From Candidatus Lloydbacteria bacterium RIFCSPHIGHO2_02_FULL_50_18 (lineage in GTDB: Bacteria; Patescibacteriota; Minisyncoccia; Phycocordibacterales; UBA6899): DNA of 64,000 nt. Below the pieces are notes generated by a model that saw only the letters and a list, made by a program, of their open reading frames with translations, was not told the DNA's origin and ran no database searches. Shown here one piece after another: positions 10,044-21,100 of this stretch. The stretch's first letter is position 1, and the number at the start of each line of letters is the position of its first letter. The translations under genes and the position numbers were made by a program. The stretch lies in contig MHLM01000001.1 of the NCBI GenBank assembly GCA_001821395.1, positions 96,001 through 160,000 of the forward strand, written 5' to 3'.

Positions 10044-10075
10044 CCCCGTGTCCGCAAGCACGCGGGTTTTGTTTT
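10044..10075 (+). terminator. Rho-independent terminator
   Basis: GC-rich hairpin cccgtgtccgcaagcacgcggg followed by ttttgtttt. Confidence 0.65.
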
Positions 10076-10114
10076 ATATAAAGCAAAAACGAAAACTTCA
10101 ACTTGTACTCAAAT

Positions 10115-10145
10115 GAAAAAACTTGCACAAAAGTGCAAGTTTTTA
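10115..10145. terminator. Bidirectional terminator (serves the LOG gene on the minus strand)
   Basis: aacttgcacaaaagtgcaagtt flanked by A5 and T5. Confidence 0.7.
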
Positions 10146-10166
10146 TATATGCTGCATTACGCGTAA

Positions 10167-10907
10167 CTAGAAGTTCGGCTCATGAAAATACTTCTTATAG
10201 AATTTATTGATGATCGCAACCGCCTCCTCGGGCGTATCGACAACATGAAAGAGTTCGAGATCTTCCTTGCTGATATTTCTTTCATCCAACATTTCTTTCC
10301 TGAACCACTCAGCCAAACCTCCCCAATAATCAGTACCAACGAGCACAATAGGAAAACGGGCGATCTTCTCCGTCTGAATAAGCGTCAGCGCTTCCGATAG
10401 TTCGTCAATCGTGCCATACCCTCCGGGAAGCACAACAAAACCTTGCGCATAGCGCATGAACATGACCTTACGTACAAAAAAATACTTAAAATTAAAGATC
10501 TTATCAGTATCAATAAACACATTATGATGCTGCTCGAATGGGAGCTGAATATTGAGTCCAACAGACCTTCCTCCTGCGCGTTGTGCACCCTTATTCGCCG
10601 CCTCCATAATACCCCCGCCGCCGCCCGAGATGATCCCATAACCGCACGTCGTGAGCTGGAAGGCGATCTCCTCTCCAAGCTTATAATACTTATTATTCGG
10701 ATCAGTGCGGGCGGAGCCAAAAATGGATACGCATGGGCCGATCTTGTTCAGACGCTCAAAGCCATCCACGAATTCAGCCATTACTTTAAAGATGTGCCAC
10801 GAGTCATTTCCCTTTAGTCCGCCGCCTTTCCATGTACGCTCCGTAACAGCGGCAAACGCTTTCTTAATGCGAGCTTCGCCACTTTTGGTGATTTCTTTCT
10901 TAGCCAT
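10167..10907 (-). CDS. LOG family protein (cytokinin riboside 5'-monophosphate phosphoribohydrolase-like, TIGR00730)
   Basis: GGGGGIMEAANKGA and PGGYGTIDEL motifs. Confidence 0.8.
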   Translation of the reverse strand: MAKKEITKSGEARIKKAFAAVTERTWKGGGLKGNDSWHIFKVMAEFVDGFERLNKIGPCVSIFGSARTDPNNKYYKLGEEIAFQLTTCGYGIISGGGGGIMEAANKGAQRAGGRSVGLNIQLPFEQHHNVFIDTDKIFNFKYFFVRKVMFMRYAQGFVVLPGGYGTIDELSEALTLIQTEKIARFPIVLVGTDYWGGLAEWFRKEMLDERNISKEDLELFHVVDTPEEAVAIINKFYKKYFHEPNF

Positions 10908-10976
10908 ATCATCTTAGAGTAGAGGTATGCCAAAAAAATGCAAGCCAGTTGTGCATCGAAGTAAAATAAGGGGCTG

Positions 10977-11519
10977 CTAAAGAATGCTTTCCAGTTGAGC
11001 GAGATCAACCACCACCTGATCCGGCGCTAAGAGTGCATCATGGAGCATTCCCTGCGCTAAGGGAACACGGTCAATGCGAATACAACGAATATCCGGATTT
11101 TTTCGCTTCACTTCATCGATATTCTGCGGTGAATCATCGACGAATGTATGTTCCCAGCCCGGGTCTCCGACACGTGATAAATATTTACTCGCCTCTTCAC
11201 CCTTACCGGTCAAATTGTCCGTACTACCCTGCGTAATAATGACATCATCAACAAGGGGGATGATCCCCGAACCGCGAAGCTTTTTTCGCTGCAGAACGAC
11301 ATTGACCGCATACGTGAGAATAACAATGCGATGAGTTAAGCGCACTCGCTTCAAAAAATTGACGGTATCCGGATAAAGATAACTCGCAAAATCCGGCGGG
11401 GCTATCTCGCCGGACGTCAATGCGAGGATCCGTTCAAAACGATTCGGACCGATCCACGCATACAGCTGATCGGTATCAAAAATGGTTCGGTCGAAATCGA
11501 GGAATACTATGGGCTTCAT
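10977..11519 (-). CDS. HAD-family hydrolase
   Basis: Start MKPIVFLDFDRTIF carries motif I DxDxT. The longer ORF begins at 11549. Confidence 0.65.
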   Translation of the reverse strand: MKPIVFLDFDRTIFDTDQLYAWIGPNRFERILALTSGEIAPPDFASYLYPDTVNFLKRVRLTHRIVILTYAVNVVLQRKKLRGSGIIPLVDDVIITQGSTDNLTGKGEEASKYLSRVGDPGWEHTFVDDSPQNIDEVKRKNPDIRCIRIDRVPLAQGMLHDALLAPDQVVVDLAQLESIL

Positions 11520-11555
11520 GTATTCACTATACCAGAAGCAGAAAGGCAATGGTGC

Positions 11556-12029
11556 CTACTTCGGCGTATCTGTTGCTGTTCCTGTCTGAAGCGAGAGATT
11601 TGCGAGTCCGTGCTGCAAAAATTCCTTATCATACATGTCGGCCCTTTCTTCAAGCAGATTCTCATAATTCTCTTCAGACATTTTTTCCTTAACGTCTTTC
11701 CCGTGCATCGCTTCGACATCACGCTCGGCAAGTTTCTCCGACAAGAGTTCAACCATGACATGGAGATCGTATTCATCCATCAACTTGTTCACTTCGGGGT
11801 CGTTCTCAAATACGCGCGAAGGATGATGATGCTCTTCACCCGCCAGCTTGTGTCGTGAAGTAGCCGCTGGATACCCGGCATCTTTTGCACGCGAAAAGAC
11901 GTACTGCTCAAGATCATCATACGCTACCTCAAAATCAATATCGCGATGACCGTTCGCGACCGTATTCGCTATATAGACCATCCGTAAAAGGGTCTTGAAT
12001 TGTTCGGGGGTGAATGCAAGTCCTATCAT
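11556..12029 (-). CDS. Hypothetical protein (157 aa)
   Basis: Acidic, helical ORF with no recognisable motif. Confidence 0.45.
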   Translation of the reverse strand: MIGLAFTPEQFKTLLRMVYIANTVANGHRDIDFEVAYDDLEQYVFSRAKDAGYPAATSRHKLAGEEHHHPSRVFENDPEVNKLMDEYDLHVMVELLSEKLAERDVEAMHGKDVKEKMSEENYENLLEERADMYDKEFLQHGLANLSLQTGTATDTPK

Positions 12030-12063
12030 AGAAAATGACTATAACACAACACCGGATGCGACA

Positions 12064-12324
12064 CTATTCGAAGAGCGCAGCGTTCGTTTCCGCATTGCGC
12101 TCATTCAATTTCTTCTGCACAACCTTTGCGGCATCGACATCCGCATGTGCTCGCTCAAACCCAGTCCTCGCGGGCGTTCCGCTTGCAGAAAGTGGCTGAA
12201 ACGAATCGGTCGCCGGAGGCAGTTGCGGCGTGAAATATATCTTTGTATACAATAGTCCGATGATCGCGACGATGACCATAAGTGCGATGAGTGGAAGATA
12301 GCCGCCTTCGCTGTTCTTTTGCAT
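12064..12324 (-). CDS. Small membrane-anchored hypothetical protein
   Basis: Start MQKNSEGGYLPLIALMVIVAIIGLLYTKIYF, with a single N-terminal TM helix. Confidence 0.45.
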   Translation of the reverse strand: MQKNSEGGYLPLIALMVIVAIIGLLYTKIYFTPQLPPATDSFQPLSASGTPARTGFERAHADVDAAKVVQKKLNERNAETNAALFE

Positions 12325-12391
12325 AAACAAATAGTAGCGATATTTAAGCAATGAGACAATATCAGGGCGCTCCCCAAAATAATAAAAATGT

Positions 12392-12823
12392 TCAATGGCC
12401 ACCTTTTGCGAACACCGTAAGCGCACGTCTCCGCACGAGGTGATCAGGTACGGTTTGCGCAACAAGAGCCCAGAATTCTTTGGAATGATCGAACATCACG
12501 AGATGACAGAGTTCGTGCACGATAATGTAATCCTGGAGCGGTTCGGGCAGTGTCAGGATCCGATAGTTAAAATTAAGATTCCCCTTCTTTGAACAGCTCC
12601 CCCAACGTGAGCGCTGATCCCTGATCGCGACCCTGTTGTACGCCAAATTGTAATGCCGATTCCACTCTGAGAGTTTGCGATGCACCAATATACGCGCTTC
12701 TTCTTTCTGTGCCGTATACGCCCGTTTTGAGCCCGTGAGACCGCCTATCCGACGTCGTTTGGTATAAATACGGTAGCGGACCGGGAATAGACCGAAGAGC
12801 CTTTTGAGGATGATGCGTGGCAT
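12392..12823 (-). CDS. YgjP-like metal-dependent hydrolase (DUF45/M48-like, HExxH)
   Basis: IIVHELCHLVMFDHSKEFWALV matches the DUF45 signature. Confidence 0.75.
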   Translation of the reverse strand: MPRIILKRLFGLFPVRYRIYTKRRRIGGLTGSKRAYTAQKEEARILVHRKLSEWNRHYNLAYNRVAIRDQRSRWGSCSKKGNLNFNYRILTLPEPLQDYIIVHELCHLVMFDHSKEFWALVAQTVPDHLVRRRALTVFAKGGH

Positions 12824-12879
12824 ATATAGGCAGTATTATCGCATGATACCTCTACCTCGGCACGTTTGACCTGTTCCCG

Positions 12880-13060
12880 ATAATTTACATGAAATGAAAC
12901 GGACCGCCATCGCGTCATAAGCAACAGCATGAGCCGGTGAACTATTTCAGCAATTGCCTTTTCGGCAGAAAGACGACCGTCGGGTTGTTTTTCCGGAAAC
13001 AGATCCAATTTTCGCATAGATCGCATCGACATCTTTTTTATTCATTTTTATGTAGGCCTA
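12880..13060 (-). pseudogene. Remnant of a PAS-domain gene (truncated paralog of 15350-15919)
   Basis: The translated fragment DLFPEKQPDGRLSAEKAIAEI matches NLSPEKQPDGRLSHEKAKEMI of the PAS protein. The DNA segment gaaagacg(a/g)ccgtcgggttgtttttccgga is shared with 15661-15695. Confidence 0.55.
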
Positions 13061-13104
13061 TTGATTTGATGGATGATGTGACACAAGGTCAATTATCCGC
13101 ACCA

Positions 13105-14925
13105 CTAAACGACAGGCAAACAAACAGTGATGGTCGTACCCTCAATGGGCCTGGACTCAACAGAAACAATTCCTCCATTTTTTTCTATGGCATCCTTTAT
13201 GAATACTTGATTTGCCGTTGCCGCGCCCTTCTCCTTATCACTCATACGGCCTGACGTGGGTATGGAGATTTTTAATAGGTCATCCTTCGAACTATCGAAT
13301 TCGGTACTGACAATGATTGTTTTAAGATATTTTTCAGTAGTTTCGTGCGAAATATGTATTGCCCCACCCTTTTTACCATGCTTGATCACATGATCCAGTA
13401 TGCCGAATATTGCATTTTCAATGACTGTCGGATTATCAACAAGGACGTTCAGAGATTCATCGGACGAGTCGTAATGCAAGCTGACCTCTTTTCGAAAAAG
13501 CAGTGGCATAAGAGCTATGTGTAACCGGTGTATCGTGGATATCATATCAAGCCCGATTTTTGATCGAATATTCATACGCTCAACCTCCTCGAGCAAATTA
13601 TCTATAATTTGAGTTATTTTCTGCGACTCATTTGCCAAAAGACTGATTCCTATCGACATGTCTGGGATAAGTTTTGTTATGCTCTCACGAGCATCGTTGA
13701 ACTGCTTAGCTACGGAATTAATGAGAGCCATTGGCACCTTCAGTTCCTGAACTTTATGCTGCAACACGATGAACATATCACCCAAACTGACTGTCATAGA
13801 ATTCATGCTTTCAGCAAGCTCGCTAAATTCGTCTCCCGTCTCTACCTCAATACGTTGAGAGAAATCGCCTGTTTTGATCGCTTCTGAGAGCGATTGAAAT
13901 TTCGACATTGGACTAATAAAAATGATGATTGTGCGATAAGCAAAAACAGAAACCAATAAAATACCTATCAGGAAAATAATAATACTCCTTACCACGATCG
14001 AGAGGACCGTATCCTCAACGCTCTGCATTCCTGTCTCTGTTACCAAGAAAAATGGGAGGTCTTCAAATTTAATCACCGAAATATTTTCGTTTTCTTTATC
14101 TTCCGCATCATAAATTTTTATCGTTACCATCTTCGTATAGGTATCGATGATTGTTTGCACCTCATTGTATTGTAACGGTACAACCTCCTTACCAAGCAAT
14201 TTACTCGTCTGTGTGATAAGTGCGATATTTTTAGACGAAAGTGTGCCAACACTTTTCAGAAAACGTTCGGATCGATTGGAAACTAAAATGATACCGAAAC
14301 TATCGGTAAGCATAACCGTACTTGTGTTTAACAGGTGACTGCGGAGGATCGAATCATCGATCTCGGTACTGTTTGTCTTGACCACCAAAACACCAACGAC
14401 ACTGCCGTCAGCGCTCTTTACTGGGTAAGAATAATAGTAGCCAAATTGATGGCTCGTGCTACCAATTGCAACATCAATATATGCATTACCACTCAATGCT
14501 TGTTTAAAATAATCCCGAAAACTATAGTCCTCTCCGATAAAACGCGCATCTGTTGAAACAAGGCCAATACCATGAGTATCCAAAAGGTAGATGGCCAAAT
14601 ATTTGACGTTTTCCTTTGTATATTCTGAAAAAATATCCAAAAGTACTTTTTTCTTCGCTTCGTCTGGGTGAATGGAAAAATCTCGCACTAAGGAGTTAGT
14701 CCCGAGCATTTTTGCAAATAGCTGATTAGTCTTTATCACCTGAGCAGTATGATGGACCTGCTCGGTCGCTATAACATTGATGTTGTTGATATTCCCCTCG
14801 ACAAGCGCAAAATTTACATAAAACGATATGACGAACGCCGTTAAAATACATAAAACAACAGATGATAAAACAAAAAGAATCGTTATTTTCGTTCGGACTG
14901 AAAAATTTCGGATATGAGATAGCAT
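13105..14925 (-). CDS. Cache-HAMP sensor histidine kinase-like protein (probable pseudokinase)
   Basis: N-terminal TM, a dCache-like periplasmic domain (YYSYPVKSADGSVVGVLVVK), a second TM and HAMP. The H-box-like segment is VQELKVPMALINSVAKQF, with Gln at the phospho-His position. The HATPase_c region has a degenerate N-box (ILDHVIKHG) and no DxGxG. Confidence 0.7.
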   Translation of the reverse strand: MLSHIRNFSVRTKITILFVLSSVVLCILTAFVISFYVNFALVEGNINNINVIATEQVHHTAQVIKTNQLFAKMLGTNSLVRDFSIHPDEAKKKVLLDIFSEYTKENVKYLAIYLLDTHGIGLVSTDARFIGEDYSFRDYFKQALSGNAYIDVAIGSTSHQFGYYYSYPVKSADGSVVGVLVVKTNSTEIDDSILRSHLLNTSTVMLTDSFGIILVSNRSERFLKSVGTLSSKNIALITQTSKLLGKEVVPLQYNEVQTIIDTYTKMVTIKIYDAEDKENENISVIKFEDLPFFLVTETGMQSVEDTVLSIVVRSIIIFLIGILLVSVFAYRTIIIFISPMSKFQSLSEAIKTGDFSQRIEVETGDEFSELAESMNSMTVSLGDMFIVLQHKVQELKVPMALINSVAKQFNDARESITKLIPDMSIGISLLANESQKITQIIDNLLEEVERMNIRSKIGLDMISTIHRLHIALMPLLFRKEVSLHYDSSDESLNVLVDNPTVIENAIFGILDHVIKHGKKGGAIHISHETTEKYLKTIIVSTEFDSSKDDLLKISIPTSGRMSDKEKGAATANQVFIKDAIEKNGGIVSVESRPIEGTTITVCLPVV

Positions 14926-15349
14926 AGAGATTTTTCTTAACCGGTAACTCGATCATTTGCCATCACCATGACACGGTGCACTCTCGGTCAATAATTTATT
15001 CCTAAAAAGACGGGTCCATTGCAAGAACATTGTTTGATACTCGCAGCAAGCGTTCTTTGTCCATTTTTATTAACAAGAGAATGCATTTTTCATCGTCGCG
15101 GGGCAAACACTTAACTCCATCAGTATACTATGTATTACAATAGGAAACCATATAATTTCTCACTGGAACATATCTTACCCGTATTGCTTCGGCGTTATCA
15201 TTGAGATCATTCTTGCGTCCCAAGATGACGCTCTTCGACAACGGTACACATGACGAAAGATTAGTGAAGTGCCTTTGTGAACCTTGCGAAAAGCAGAAAA
15301 AACGAAAAATATTCCACGACGACTAGGGCGGCAAGGATGGGGGCTTGTG

Positions 15350-15919
15350 CTATTTCTGCAATTTTCTCCGGATCTCTTCTATTTCGCTCCGTAGTTCGTT
15401 CTTTTCTATTTCATGCTTTTTCATCAACCGATTCATCTTTTCAACTTCCTCACTTTTCTCTTTTATGAGCAAGTGGTCTGCGATCTTCTCTTTTGTAACA
15501 TCTCTTACGGTGGCCTCAATGATCGACTGATCGCAAAGATCAATACGTGCAAGCAGTACTGTTGCAGGGAACTCTTCGCCATTCAGCCTGCGGTGTGTCC
15601 ATTCGAAAAAATGTGAGCCGTCATGCATCGCCGCGTTGATCATCTCCTTGGCCTTTTCGTGCGAAAGACGGCCGTCGGGTTGTTTTTCCGGAGAGAGATT
15701 CCAAGGTCCATTCGCAGTAAATTCTGTCTTATCTTTTGCTCCAAACATTTTTAATGCGGCGGCATTTCCATCGGTGAAACTCCATGCAGGAGGTTCAAGC
15801 GTCATAAGTGCGTCCGCAGAACTTTCAAAAAGCGCGCGGTAGCGCAATTCATCACCTTTTAAGACCTCTTCTAGCGTCTCACGATAGATTGCATCGACAT
15901 TTTTTTTATTAGTGTTCAT
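15350..15919 (-). CDS. PAS domain protein with C-terminal coiled coil
   Basis: ESSADALMTLEPPAWSFTDGNAAALKMFGAKDK..., a PAS fold. The C-terminus is a charged helix. Confidence 0.65.
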   Translation of the reverse strand: MNTNKKNVDAIYRETLEEVLKGDELRYRALFESSADALMTLEPPAWSFTDGNAAALKMFGAKDKTEFTANGPWNLSPEKQPDGRLSHEKAKEMINAAMHDGSHFFEWTHRRLNGEEFPATVLLARIDLCDQSIIEATVRDVTKEKIADHLLIKEKSEEVEKMNRLMKKHEIEKNELRSEIEEIRRKLQK

Positions 15920-15974
15920 GTGGGTTTATTAATTGATGAATAATGCATTTAAAATGACTGATCATGCCTCAAAC

Positions 15975-18023
15975 TCAAACGAATGGTAAGTACACCGACA
16001 CGGTCGTCCCTGCTCCCAATTCGGATTCAATAGTGATGATTCCACTGTTTTCTTCTATGTTATTCTTGATGGTCAGCAGACCTAATTGGGGCACTTTTGC
16101 GTATTCGACACTTATTGATTTCGGGGTAGGAGCATATATTTTTAACATATCCTCCTTAGAAATTCCGAGCCCGTTATCTCTAATGATCGTTTTGAAATAT
16201 TTTCCCGCAGCATCATGTTCAATAAATATATCTCCGCCGCGCTTACTGAATTTGATTGCGTTATCCAGCAGACCTGCAAATGATCGTTCGATCAATTCCG
16301 GATCATCGACCAGAACGTGAACGAAGGTTTCGGGCGGTTCATAGTGGATAGCCACCTCCGACAGAGAAGCAGAGGGGACCAGACGGGCCTGCAGACTCTT
16401 GAGCATCGTTACGAGGTCAAATATCATTTTATGTCTAATGTTCGCACCCTCGATCTCATCAAGGAGGCCGTCTACCATTTGCGTTATTTCTTGCGAAGCA
16501 TCAACAATAAGGCTGATCCCCATCGACATGTCCGGAATGAGCGCCGTGATCTTCTGTCGCGCATCATTGAATTGCTTAGCTACGGAATTGATGATGATAA
16601 GAGGGGGCTTCAATTCCTGAATGACACTTGCAATCAAGTCTGTTTTTCTCTTTTCTAACAATAATTCTTCTGTTGTGTTTCTTAAAGTTACGATGCATCC
16701 GGTCACGACATTATTGTCATTCTTTATCGGCGCGGCGCTGCTCACGACCGATACTTCATTTCCTCCTTTGTCGACGATCACAGTATGATCTTCCGAAGAT
16801 CTTTTTTCTCCACCAAGCATCGCCTCTTCAATGAACAATATGTTCGCTTTTTTATCACCCACTCTCACCAGTTTCACAATATCCTTAAAATTCTGACCCA
16901 TCGCCTCCTCGTCCGTGATATCGGTAAAATCTTCCATTACATTATTCCAAAGCGCTATCTTCCAATTTCTATCTATTACCAACATGCCGTCACTGATACT
17001 ATTAAGATAGACCTTCTCCCTACGGCGCAATTCGCTCGAGACGGAAAATATTTTCAAGACTAGCAGCGTAAGCAACAATAGAAATAATCCGACTATAATG
17101 TCCACAAAAGCCACGTGCGTCAAACTGGAATAATAGTCCGCAAAAGCAAACTGTGTCGGACGTTGAACGACAACGCCCCATTTGTACTCGGGAATTTGCC
17201 CGTACGCAGAAAGCGCCTCCTCGCCCCCCATTTCATCATAGGTAATCTCTACGAAGCTTTTGCCACTCAATACTTCTTTTACCGCACTGACCTGCGAATA
17301 ATTAACAAACCCATTATTGAGATCAAAATACGGATGCACGAGCAGGTTGCCATTCTTATCTATAAGATAGGTAAAACCGCCGGGTCCAACATCAACATTA
17401 CGGATCCACGCGGCAATTTTATCCAGTGAAGTTTGAACAAGAAGATATCCGACAACAACGTTCTTTTCGTCACGCACCGGCGCGGCGACGACAGTAACAT
17501 ACACTTCTGGGTGGATTCCCCTTTTGAACACCCCGCTAATTTCTAGCTTTCCCGTAACCGTAATATTTTTGTACCATTCACGATCAGCACGACTTTGTCC
17601 GATGATCGACGGATCGGCAGGATACACATCAATAAGTATGCCGGCTGGATCGAGCAGTGCAACGCCAACAACATCAGAATTACCCATGGCGATATTCCCT
17701 AACAAAAGACTGTTTTTATCCCATTTTGCCTCCTTTGTGTAGTTTACGATATTTGCCTTCGACGCATGCGTAATGACAAGATCCTCAAGAAGATCCAACC
17801 TTGGGGTTACAATGCTCTTCGTATGTTCAACAAGTGCAGCACTGCGCTCATACACGTCAGTTCTCAATACATTCCGATAGGTGACAAAATCATATCCGGT
17901 TGCCAAAATATATGGAACCATTACTGCGAGAATGATCAACAGCCTACTTCTCCAGGAGGTTGGTTCTACAAAGGAAACACTATTGGACACTCGTTTCAGA
18001 ACCTCTTTGACCATATTTAGCAA
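15975..18023 (-). CDS. Cache-PAS sensor histidine kinase-like protein (H-box His replaced by Gln)
   Basis: TM, a dCache-like domain, TM, PAS, then the H-box-like ASVIQELKPPLIIINSVAKQF. HATPase_c is present with N-box LLDNAIKFS and G1 RDNGLGI. Confidence 0.75.
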   Translation of the reverse strand: MLNMVKEVLKRVSNSVSFVEPTSWRSRLLIILAVMVPYILATGYDFVTYRNVLRTDVYERSAALVEHTKSIVTPRLDLLEDLVITHASKANIVNYTKEAKWDKNSLLLGNIAMGNSDVVGVALLDPAGILIDVYPADPSIIGQSRADREWYKNITVTGKLEISGVFKRGIHPEVYVTVVAAPVRDEKNVVVGYLLVQTSLDKIAAWIRNVDVGPGGFTYLIDKNGNLLVHPYFDLNNGFVNYSQVSAVKEVLSGKSFVEITYDEMGGEEALSAYGQIPEYKWGVVVQRPTQFAFADYYSSLTHVAFVDIIVGLFLLLLTLLVLKIFSVSSELRRREKVYLNSISDGMLVIDRNWKIALWNNVMEDFTDITDEEAMGQNFKDIVKLVRVGDKKANILFIEEAMLGGEKRSSEDHTVIVDKGGNEVSVVSSAAPIKNDNNVVTGCIVTLRNTTEELLLEKRKTDLIASVIQELKPPLIIINSVAKQFNDARQKITALIPDMSMGISLIVDASQEITQMVDGLLDEIEGANIRHKMIFDLVTMLKSLQARLVPSASLSEVAIHYEPPETFVHVLVDDPELIERSFAGLLDNAIKFSKRGGDIFIEHDAAGKYFKTIIRDNGLGISKEDMLKIYAPTPKSISVEYAKVPQLGLLTIKNNIEENSGIITIESELGAGTTVSVYLPFV

Positions 18024-18182
18024 AATTTTTTTGTTGTTCGTAAAAAATTCGAACGTAAGACCACGTCAGTATACTACAAATTATAGTAAGGGACCATGAA
18101 GTTACTCAATAGTAACACGTTCTGAGTACGTCCTTCCGTATTTTTTAGAACCTGCACTTCCATATCTCATTTGCAATCGCCC

Positions 18183-21100
18183 CTAATCCAGCTTTTTAGT
18201 CCCTCGTTTTGCGATCATTCCGGAAAGCGGGAACAAACAAGCAAATACCGTGTCCTCACCGACCTTTGATGTGAACCAGATCTTCCCGCCCGCATTTTCG
18301 ACGATCTGCTTCACAACATACAGCCCGAGCCCTGTACCATCCACGTCCTGTTTTTGGGCATTACTTGCCCGAAACATCTTCTGAAATATCTGTGACTGTT
18401 CACCTTCGGGGATCGGCTCTCCGTTGTTTGACACACTAAAGATGACGTTGCCGCCGTCAGCATGAAGCACTACCGTGATTCTCCCATTATCCTGGGTGTA
18501 CTTAACCGCATTCGAAATAAAATTCTGAAACACCACACGCAGCAGCTTCGCATCGGCAGGGATGATCGGTAATTGCGCGTCGAAGTGCGTGATCATCTGA
18601 TGACCTTTTTGTGCGATACGTCCCTCCATTTCCTTGAGTACCTCATTGCACACTGCGACGAAATCAGTCGGCGTCGGCTCAACGATGAAGACGCCCATCT
18701 CAATACGAGAAACATTGAGGAGTGCGTGGATCAATTCGTTGATACGCGTATTCAGAGAGTAAGTCTCACGCAATATCTCCTTCTGATTATCGGGCATTTC
18801 ACCGTAATCACCATCCAAGAGCATCTCAAGATTCCACTGTATCGCGCCGACTGGAGTCTTTAATTGGTGCGAAGCGAGTGAGACAAATTCGGTTTTTTCC
18901 CTATCGACGATCGATTCTTTCGTGATGTCCCAATTCACACCAACCATCTTGATTGCCTTTCCGTCACCGTCACGCTCGACGAGCGCATGGTCTTGAATAT
19001 AATGCGTTTCCCCACTTGGCCATATGATACGAAATTGCATATTGAACTCCTTTTCACCTCTTAGTGCCGCCTGGATAGCATCGTCTCTCAATTTTTTGTC
19101 ATCAGGGTGCAGTCTTTTTTGCCACGCCTCGAACGTTCTCTCGGACTCTTCTTTCGACATTGCGTACAGCGCGTACATTTGATCATTCCATGAGATCTTG
19201 TCTTTTGTGATATCCCATTCCCACACACCGATCTGTGCCGACTCGGTTGCAAGAGCCAGTCTCCGCGATACTTTTGCAAGATTCTCTTTTTCGCTTTCAA
19301 CGTCATCTAAAATATTAAGCACTGCTTTTTTGGTATTTTCCAGTTCGGCAATATTTGTCACGAGGTCACTGTTCGCATTTTCCGCATACGCGATCGCCTG
19401 TTTTTTTGACCGTGCAGTCACATATATCACACCAAAAAGCGCAAAGCTCATTAACAGGCCGACCACGACAATGAGGTAGCGCAACACGGCATAGGTACGG
19501 CCATTCGGAAGTAATGGCGCATTAGTAAATTCGATCGTCCATGGGTGATCAGCCACATACATCGTTACCGTAGTTCTGAACGTAAGATCCGACGCCCACC
19601 CCTCTACGCCCTCGCTCGCATCGAACATTAATCGTTCGGGAAGCATTCGCAGTCCGTCATAGATGCGGAATGTGATGTCCGCGCTTTTGAAAGCCTGACT
19701 TCCGCGTACAAGTTCGGCGGCATCGATCACGCTGAACACATAACCGAAGACGCTTTCTGGCTGCCGGGAAACACTGCCAGACGCAACATCGCCCCAATGT
19801 ACGGGGGCGTACGCGACGAAACCCGCCTTCATGCCTGCCCCCTCCTGTTGCATCAACATCACTCGGCCGGAGATAGAGGCCTCACCAGAGGCGCTTGCCG
19901 ACGCCATCGCACTGCGCCTCGTCTTCTCCGTAGACATATCAAAACCTATGGACCGACGATCCATTTCCGTAGGGGGCTCCACATAAAGAATGGGTGTATA
20001 TGCACTTCTCTCGCCTTCGGGTGTGATAACAAAATCAGGAAGCCCCTCTTTGCGCATAGAAGCAATGAATGCATCTTTTTCATCGGATGAAACGATCTGT
20101 GCAAATCCCAAACCCTGTATGCCGGGATAATTCTTGAACACTTTGATCGCCGTAAGATATGCACGCCATTCATCTCTGCTTACGGTTTGACTCGCAGCAA
20201 AGAGGCCTCCGGTTCCTCGGAGCGTATTGACGTAGATCTCCATCTGCTTTTGAATGTTAGCGCTGATCTCAGCGACCTCAGTAGCGAAATGAGACTGCTT
20301 TTCCTTCTCAGCATTTGCTTCAAATAAATAATACACGACAAACGTGATCGCGATGCTCACAATAAATATGATCAGAGCGATCCAATTTTCCCTCCAGAAA
20401 TTTTTGACCATTGTTACTTGTCGAATGTACATTAACATGAACAAAACGAGAAGAAGGAGCAAGAATGGGACTCCGAACTGAAAGAAAATGATCTTATTTC
20501 GCTCTTGTTCCGCCATTTGTACGTGCGCCCGGACACTTTCATCTGTATATGTATTTAAAAATTGGTTATATGGCAGCGATCTTTCACCGGTCTTTATGTC
20601 AAAATAAAAATAATCTATTGAAAAATCTTCCATTTTCACGACGTGACCAGAGATCGGTTCGATCCACATAAAAAGATCGCTTGAGAGCTTTACCCCGCGG
20701 GTCTCCGGTACCCCGGGAAGGAATCCCATGAGCTCCGTTTGGTCGGTCGGCTCAATATTGCTTTTTTGGTACTTGAATACTTTTAACCCGTACAAGGTCT
20801 CCTCACCTACGTACTTCATCTGTGAAGGAGTGTTGTTGCTTGCATGCCAGTACGTGAAAGAACTACCCCCCTTGAGCCATCTGGGCGCAAAAAGATACCC
20901 GTCCCTATCTCTATCTCCGGCACCCCTTACGTGTTGCCCGTTCAGCGCATTTATCCCATAGAGTGGCTCTGCGCGAAAGATGGTCTTTCCGTCCAGTGAT
21001 GCGACGTGAAATATATTTTTTATCGTGAAGATGAATCCCGCATACGAAACGACCTCATAAGAAAAATCCGTTTTGGAGTATTGTTCAGCACCAAATTCAC

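Noticed and set aside
18023-18183. Possible small RNA or regulatory element between the two kinases
   Set aside because: Only AT-rich promoter-like sequence is present. No hairpin or conserved motif was detectable by eye.
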